A stretch of 64,000 nucleotides of DNA from Fervidobacterium sp. (GTDB lineage Bacteria > Thermotogota > Thermotogae > Thermotogales > Fervidobacteriaceae): the NCBI GenBank assembly GCA_049970055.1, contig JBMFNR010000003.1, positions 165,140 through 229,139 of the forward strand, read 5' to 3'. Below are positions 58,317 through 64,000 of this stretch, piece by piece. The position numbers and the translations under genes are program-made. The first letter of the stretch is position 1; every line of letters begins with the position of its first letter. A model generated the notes under the pieces. The model was not told where the DNA came from. It was given only the letters and a program-made list of their open reading frames with translations, and did no database searches.

Positions 58317-60413
58317 ATGGTCTTTGCACTTGACATTGGTACAAGAAAGATAGCAGGTTTACTTGTGGACTTAAATGAAGATGAAAAAATGGTTGTTCAG
58401 GATGTGGTAATAAGGGAGCATGAACATCGAGCAATGTTGGATGGGCAAATTCACGATGTTGAAAAGGTTGCTAAGGCAGTAGCAGCTGTAAAGAATGAAC
58501 TAGAAGTGAAGAATAATATTAAGCTTGACAAGGTTGCGGTCGCGTTAGCCGGAAGATTCTTAAAGACATTTATTGGAGAAAGCAGCATAGACTTTGAAGA
58601 ACCAACACAAATCACAAAAGATATACTCGCTAGGTTGGAACTTGACGCTGTTGCTAAGGCTACCGAAAATATTGAGCCTAACATGTACTGCGTCGGTTAT
58701 TCTGTTATTCGATACGAACTTGATGGCATGTGGTTTAAAAAACTCGAAGGTTTGAAAGGTCAAAATGCAAACGTTAAGGTAGTTGCAACATATTTACCAA
58801 GCCATGTTGTTGAAGCAATGCTATCTGTTGTAAAAAAGGTAGGACTAACGATTACACATTTAACACTGGAACCTATCGCTGCTGTTAACATAACTGTACC
58901 GGAGGATCTAAGGATACTCAACATCGCTCTCGTTGATGTTGGAGCAGGAACAAGTGATATAGCGATATCAAAAGACGGTACCGTAATAGCATACGGTATG
59001 GTACCACTAGCGGGTGACGAAATTACAGAAATTATTTCAAAAAGGTTCCTTCTTGATTTCCATACCGCAGAATACGTTAAAAGGAACTTAGAAAACCAAG
59101 AAATTATCCGTGTGCGCAATATCTTGGATAAGGAAAAAGAGTTAAAAAATGATGAGATTTTACAAGCTATTTCTGATACGGTTGACAAAATCACAAAAAA
59201 AGTTGCGGAAGAGATAATAGCATTAAATGGTGATAAACCTCAAGCGGTTATGATAGTTGGTGGCGGTGCTAAGGTTCCCATCTTTGCACAATATTTAGCA
59301 AAAAATTTAGAAATGGATGAAGATGTTGTATCACTTAAAACCGCTAGGAACCTTGATTTTATCGATCACACGGGAATTGTTCATGGTAGTGAGTTCATAA
59401 CACCATTAGGTATTGGATACACAGCTTTACACAAAACAGGTGCTGTGTTCGAATCAGTAACGGTTAACGGTGAAACTATACAACTAATAGGTTTTAGAGG
59501 AACTTATACCGTTTGGGAAGTACTTGTTCAATCTGGTATGGATATGAGAGGACTTCTAGGTAGGCCTGGAAAATCTTTAATTATAGATGTTAACGGTGAG
59601 TCTATGATAATAAAAGGTAAAATGCCAACGCCCGCGCGAGTGAAAATCAATGGTATAGAAAGTACGTTACGCGACATTGTTAGGCACGGTGATGTAATAG
59701 AAGCTGATAAAGCAATTGATGGGGAAGATGCCAAAGTTACACTGTATGATGTTATAAAACCTATCAAACTTAAGTGCTTAGATAATGACAAAGTTTTAGA
59801 ATATTATCCTACAGTTGTTTTAAATGGCCATCAAGTGTACACAAATGTGGAACTGAAAGATGGCGATGTGATAAGATACGAAAGGGTAAAGGTAAAAGAA
59901 ATTAGGGATTTTCTAAGTAGCGATCTTATCAAAATCGTTTATTCTGTTAATAATGTCTACAAAGAGGTCTACGCAGGAGAAGTCAAAATATTCAAGGAAG
60001 ACTTAGAGCTTTCAGATGAAAACACTGTGTCACCAGGCGATGAATTAGAGTACGCGATATTAATCAACTATCCAAAGATACGAGAATTACCTGAAATGGA
60101 GAAAATCAGCATCGTTGTAAAAGTTAACGGAGAATCGAAGTTATTGACAAAAGATGGAGTCCTCATTTGGGTTAACGATCATCTTGTTTCTCCAGATCAC
60201 GAAATACGGGATGGTGATAAGATAAGAACACAGGTCCCAGAAAAGCAAGAATTCATAATAGCAGATGTGCTAAGATTATTCAACCTAGACCCACGAAAAA
60301 TTAAGGATTACAAATTATTAAAAAATGGTGAAAAAGCTGGCTTCACGGACACTCTTGAAAGTGGTGATGAGATTATATTCGAGTACGAAGAACTTAATGA
60401 AAAAGATGCTTAA
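58317..60413 (+). CDS. FtsA-like (actin/Hsp70 superfamily) ATPase with a long C-terminal region of beta-grasp-like repeats
   Basis: ALDIGTRKI, DGQIHD, LEPIAA, DVGAGTSD, AGDEIT, VGGGA. The C-terminal ~320 aa have repeated 'NG...GD.I' units. Confidence 0.85.
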   Translation: MVFALDIGTRKIAGLLVDLNEDEKMVVQDVVIREHEHRAMLDGQIHDVEKVAKAVAAVKNELEVKNNIKLDKVAVALAGRFLKTFIGESSIDFEEPTQITKDILARLELDAVAKATENIEPNMYCVGYSVIRYELDGMWFKKLEGLKGQNANVKVVATYLPSHVVEAMLSVVKKVGLTITHLTLEPIAAVNITVPEDLRILNIALVDVGAGTSDIAISKDGTVIAYGMVPLAGDEITEIISKRFLLDFHTAEYVKRNLENQEIIRVRNILDKEKELKNDEILQAISDTVDKITKKVAEEIIALNGDKPQAVMIVGGGAKVPIFAQYLAKNLEMDEDVVSLKTARNLDFIDHTGIVHGSEFITPLGIGYTALHKTGAVFESVTVNGETIQLIGFRGTYTVWEVLVQSGMDMRGLLGRPGKSLIIDVNGESMIIKGKMPTPARVKINGIESTLRDIVRHGDVIEADKAIDGEDAKVTLYDVIKPIKLKCLDNDKVLEYYPTVVLNGHQVYTNVELKDGDVIRYERVKVKEIRDFLSSDLIKIVYSVNNVYKEVYAGEVKIFKEDLELSDENTVSPGDELEYAILINYPKIRELPEMEKISIVVKVNGESKLLTKDGVLIWVNDHLVSPDHEIRDGDKIRTQVPEKQEFIIADVLRLFNLDPRKIKDYKLLKNGEKAGFTDTLESGDEIIFEYEELNEKDA

Positions 60414-60459
60414 ATATGGTCCAATAAATAGTCATTTTAATTGATCACATTCAATAAAG

Positions 60460-60511
60460 AAACCGGAGCTTTTGAAATACACTCTTTTCCTTCAAAAGCT
60501 CCGGTTTTTTT
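60460..60511 (+). terminator. Intrinsic terminator (17-bp stem)
   Basis: AAACCGGAGCTTTTGAA...TTCAAAAGCTCCGGTTT followed by TTTT. Confidence 0.85.
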
Positions 60512-60620
60512 GTTTAGGCAATATAAATTCACTAGGTATATAATTAAAAATGTTTAATGCGGCGTTAACATTCTTTTTGTAGAATTAAACTAACTACACT
60601 TATTAGAGGAGGTGGGTAGT

Positions 60621-61919
60621 ATGAAAAAGTTCATTTTTGTCTTGCTGATACTGTTAGCGGTTTTCGGCTTTCCAAAAGTCAAGATACAATTTTGGCATGC
60701 TATGGGCGGGTGGAGAATTGATCTGATACAAGGTATGGTTAATGACTTTATGAAAGCTAATCCAGATATTGAAGTTGAGGTTCAGTACGTTGGGAGTTAT
60801 GAGGAAATACTTGCAAAAACAGTCGCAGCAGTACAAGCGGGGACACCACCACACGTTGTACAACTCAACGAGATAAGTACAAAGAAAATGGTAGATAGCG
60901 GGGTTATCGTACCAGTGGAGGATCTATTAAAAAAAGACCCATCATTCGACAAAAGCAAGCTCCTTCCGCAAGTCAGAAATTACTACAGTATAGGCGGAAA
61001 ATTATACTCTATGCCATGGAATAGTTCAACACCACTTTTGTTTTACAATAAAACCATGTTTAATCAAGTTGGACTAGATCCAAATAAACCCCCGAAAACC
61101 TTTAGCGAAGTTATAGCCTACTCAAGAAAACTTCTAAAAAAAGATGATAAAGGTAACGTTGTGAGAACAGGAATCACATGGCCATTGTATGCTTGGTTTT
61201 TTGAACAATGGATGGCAGAACAGAACAAGCTTCTTGTTGATAACAATAACGGAAGAACTGGGAATCCTACTAAGGTATTATTCAACAACGATGCTGGTTT
61301 AAAAATAATGGAGTTTTGGAATACGTTAACAAAAGAAGGTTTGATGATAAATACCAAAAAAGGCGACTGGACGGCAGCTAGACAACTTTTCATTTCTCAA
61401 ACAGTAGGCATGATTATAACTTCGACATCTGATGTTGCACTTCTCACTTCTGAAGCCAAGAAACAAGGCTTTGAAGTTGGAGCGGCCTACATTCCCATCC
61501 CGGACGGCGTTCAGAGAGCTGGAGTAATAATCGGTGGTGGAAGTCTGTGGATCATTAAGCAGAAAAATCAAGCCGAGATAGATGCTGCTTGGAAGCTTGT
61601 AAAGTATTTGGTTGATGTAGACCCACAGATAACTTGGCATAAAGGTACTGGATACTTCCCTGTTAGACTGGATGCCAAGGAAAAGCTTGAGAAAGAAGGT
61701 TATTATAAAGATAATCCATTACACTACATTGCAATCAAACAGTTACTTGACACAATACCATCTTACGCAACCATGGGAGCTGTCGTTGGTGCATTTCCAG
61801 AGATCAGAGCAGCAATTGAAAATGCTATTGAGAAAATGATAAATGGTCAGTTAACACCAAAACAAACCCTTGAGGAGGCAGAAAAAGAAGCAAACAAAGC
61901 TATTAAGCAATATTTCTAA
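60621..61919 (+). CDS. ugpB: Carbohydrate ABC transporter substrate-binding protein (UgpB-like)
   Basis: FWHAMGG, MPWNSSTPLLFYNK, IGGGSLW, WHKGTGYFP. Confidence 0.8.
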   Translation: MKKFIFVLLILLAVFGFPKVKIQFWHAMGGWRIDLIQGMVNDFMKANPDIEVEVQYVGSYEEILAKTVAAVQAGTPPHVVQLNEISTKKMVDSGVIVPVEDLLKKDPSFDKSKLLPQVRNYYSIGGKLYSMPWNSSTPLLFYNKTMFNQVGLDPNKPPKTFSEVIAYSRKLLKKDDKGNVVRTGITWPLYAWFFEQWMAEQNKLLVDNNNGRTGNPTKVLFNNDAGLKIMEFWNTLTKEGLMINTKKGDWTAARQLFISQTVGMIITSTSDVALLTSEAKKQGFEVGAAYIPIPDGVQRAGVIIGGGSLWIIKQKNQAEIDAAWKLVKYLVDVDPQITWHKGTGYFPVRLDAKEKLEKEGYYKDNPLHYIAIKQLLDTIPSYATMGAVVGAFPEIRAAIENAIEKMINGQLTPKQTLEEAEKEANKAIKQYF

Positions 61920-61939
61920 TTTCATTTTTGAATCTTTAT

Positions 61940-61993
61940 CCGCGGTCGGTTGGTGATGCGACTGAAGTTACTCGCAACTGACTGCGGTTTTTT
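61940..61993 (+). terminator. Intra-operon hairpin after the SBP gene (stabiliser or partial terminator)
   Basis: CCGCGGTCGGTTG...CAACTGACTGCGG followed by TTTTTT. Confidence 0.65.
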
Positions 61994-62038
61994 AGACATT
62001 TTTAGATGTTTAGGTTGCATTAAAGGGGGGATGAACTC

Positions 62039-62905
62039 TTGCGTAAGTGGTTACCATATGTATTTTTGTTGCCTACGTTTGTAATTATTGGTTTGTTTAT
62101 ATATTATCCCGCTTTTGAATCGCTATACTTAAGTTTCTTCAAAGTATCAGTTTTCGGAAACAGAAAAGTTTTTGTCTGGTTTGATAATTACAAAGAGTTG
62201 TTCTCTGATGATAAATTTATCAACGCGTTTAAGTTCACGATAGTTTTTACAACGATAACAGTCACAGTATCTGTTTTCCTCTCATTTTTTATCGCACTAC
62301 TTTTAAACCAGAAAGTGGCTGGTATAAGGTTTTTCAGAACACTTATTTTTGCTCCGTATGCAGTCTCAACCGCTGTAGCAGGTGCCCTTTGGGGTTTTTT
62401 ACTTAACCCAGTTGTAGGTCACGTAAATTATTTCATGGCACAGCTTTTTGGTGTGCAGAGTAATTGGCTAGTAACAAAGCCATACGCCGCTTACGCAGTT
62501 ATTATCGCTGCTATTTGGAAAACAATACCTTTTAATATAATATTCTACATAGCTGGGTTGCAGAGCATTCCAGATGAACTCATCGAAGCATCAAAACTTG
62601 ATGGTGCTGGACTTTGGAAGAGAGTTTGGAAAGTACTGTTTCCGTTACTTTCACCTATAACTTTTTATCTTGTGATAATGAGTATAATTAGCTCGATGTT
62701 CCAGTCATTCGCAATAATCGATGTTATGACTAAAGGTGGACCCGGTGACTATACAACAAACATAATCTACAGAATTTACCTTGATGGTTTCCGATTCTCT
62801 AAGACGGGGCCAGCTTCTGCACAAAGCGTAATCTTGTTCTTGATAATGGTTGTTGTTACATTGATCTATTTTACAATTGGAAAGAAAAATGTACATTATC
62901 AGTAA
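62039..62905 (+). CDS. ugpA: Carbohydrate ABC transporter permease (UgpA-like)
   Basis: AGLQSIP.ELIEASKLDGA (EAA loop), FPLLSP, MTKGGP. Confidence 0.8.
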   Translation: MRKWLPYVFLLPTFVIIGLFIYYPAFESLYLSFFKVSVFGNRKVFVWFDNYKELFSDDKFINAFKFTIVFTTITVTVSVFLSFFIALLLNQKVAGIRFFRTLIFAPYAVSTAVAGALWGFLLNPVVGHVNYFMAQLFGVQSNWLVTKPYAAYAVIIAAIWKTIPFNIIFYIAGLQSIPDELIEASKLDGAGLWKRVWKVLFPLLSPITFYLVIMSIISSMFQSFAIIDVMTKGGPGDYTTNIIYRIYLDGFRFSKTGPASAQSVILFLIMVVVTLIYFTIGKKNVHYQ

Positions 62906-62914
62906 TTTGGGAGC

Positions 62915-63763
62915 GTGATATGTTTGAAAAAGAAAACAAAAAGGATTCTCAGTACGATAGTAGTAGAACTTTTGTTAATTTTATTCAGCATATTCATGTT
63001 TGCTCCAATTTTTTTGGCATTTGTTATGAGCATTCAACCTTCGGAATTTGTCTTCTCATACCCACCGAAGATTTTTCCAATGGGTTTTAATATAAAGAAT
63101 TATTTTGATGCTTTCAGGATAGTACCATTCGGGCGAATGATGTTAAACAGTCTTATCGTAGCGTTTTTTATTACACTTGGAAAGTTGTTCACAGGTATAC
63201 TTGCGGGATATGCTTACGCAAATTTCCGATTTAAAGGTGATAAGTTTACTTTTGGCTTGATATTTGCAACACTTTACATACCAGCGGAAATATTACTTAT
63301 TGTACCACTCTTCCAAGTGATCAGCAGGCTTGGGTGGGTAAACACATACCAAGCGATGATAATACCTTTTACAGCCAGTGCAACAAACGTATTCTTATTT
63401 CAGCAACATTTTAAGACTATTCCAAAAGACTACGAAGATGCTGCATTTATCGATGGAACAACACCGATTCAATATTTAACAAAAATTGTTCTTCCCTTGT
63501 CAAGACCAATCATTGGTGGGGCTGCGATAATTAACTTCACGTACGCCTGGAACATGTACTTGTGGCCTATGATAGTTGCGATGAGAGATGACATGAAAAC
63601 AGTTCAGGTTGCTATAAATATGATAATAAACGCGGAATCATCAAATAATTGGGGTATTATAATGGCAGCCACAATGATTGCTCTCTTTCCAACACTTTTA
63701 CTCTTTTTCCTTCTCCAAGATTTGTTTGTAAAATCACTTGTGGGAACAGGTCTAAAAGGGTAA
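62915..63763 (+). CDS. ugpE: Carbohydrate ABC transporter permease (UgpE-like)
   Basis: IPKDYEDAAFIDG, LPLSRP, WNMYLWP. Confidence 0.8.
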   Translation: MICLKKKTKRILSTIVVELLLILFSIFMFAPIFLAFVMSIQPSEFVFSYPPKIFPMGFNIKNYFDAFRIVPFGRMMLNSLIVAFFITLGKLFTGILAGYAYANFRFKGDKFTFGLIFATLYIPAEILLIVPLFQVISRLGWVNTYQAMIIPFTASATNVFLFQQHFKTIPKDYEDAAFIDGTTPIQYLTKIVLPLSRPIIGGAAIINFTYAWNMYLWPMIVAMRDDMKTVQVAINMIINAESSNNWGIIMAATMIALFPTLLLFFLLQDLFVKSLVGTGLKG

Positions 63764-63804
63764 ATAACTTCTGGCTTAAAAATTCTCAATATTTTTACAT
63801 ACCT

Positions 63805-63833
63805 TCCCCTACGTACGGGGGATTTTTTATTTT
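63805..63833 (+). terminator. Intrinsic terminator after the ABC operon
   Basis: TCCCCT-ACGTAC-GGGGGA followed by TTTTTTATTTT. Confidence 0.7.
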
Positions 63834-63915
63834 CAGTAATTTATATCAAAATTTTGATAAATGCTTTGTTTCATATGAAACATGTTACATCGGTAAAATA
63901 AAAACAAAGTCATGC

Positions 63916-63943
63916 TTGACAGGAGGAAGCATTTAAATATAAT
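63916..63943 (+). promoter_or_regulatory. Consensus sigma70 promoter for a gene beyond the window
   Basis: TTGACA-16 nt-TATAAT. Confidence 0.75.
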
Positions 63944-64000
63944 GGTAAAACATATGCTCTTGGTGAAAGATTGCATTTTCAGGGGATTATCGTTAATTTG

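Noticed and set aside
63950..64000. Possible structured leader or riboswitch after the last promoter
   Set aside because: Cut by the window edge; no diagnostic motif in the available 50 nt.

Overview
AT-rich, gene-dense bacterial chromosomal segment. The gene set, gene order and protein sequences point to a Thermotogota genome, most like Fervidobacterium (inference). It holds about 55 CDS, mostly core or housekeeping: valS, folC, rsfS, rlmD, fprA, recJ, yqgF, pepP, a complete F1Fo operon with a Na+-type c subunit, hpf, glgX, glgA, a Clp ATPase, mutS2 and ABC transporters. It also has one tRNA-Arg(CCG), a TPP riboswitch with a visible terminator/antiterminator, a CIRCE operator, a probable Rex operator and many intrinsic terminators. 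I found no IS, prophage, integrase or CRISPR array. Best leads: (1) RecJ fused to an apparently catalytically dead SF2/RecQ-like helicase module; (2) a stand-alone ferredoxin + PAS-[FeFe] hydrogenase + PP2C phosphatase operon behind a Rex-like box, with no catalytic hydrogenase; (3) an operon of a beta-barrel-like protein, an HExxH-vWA protein, MutS2 and an FtsA-like ATPase with tandem beta-grasp-like repeats; (4) two probable non-canonical start codons (ATT, CTG) in the valS operon. All product calls come from motif recognition by eye; no database searches were run.
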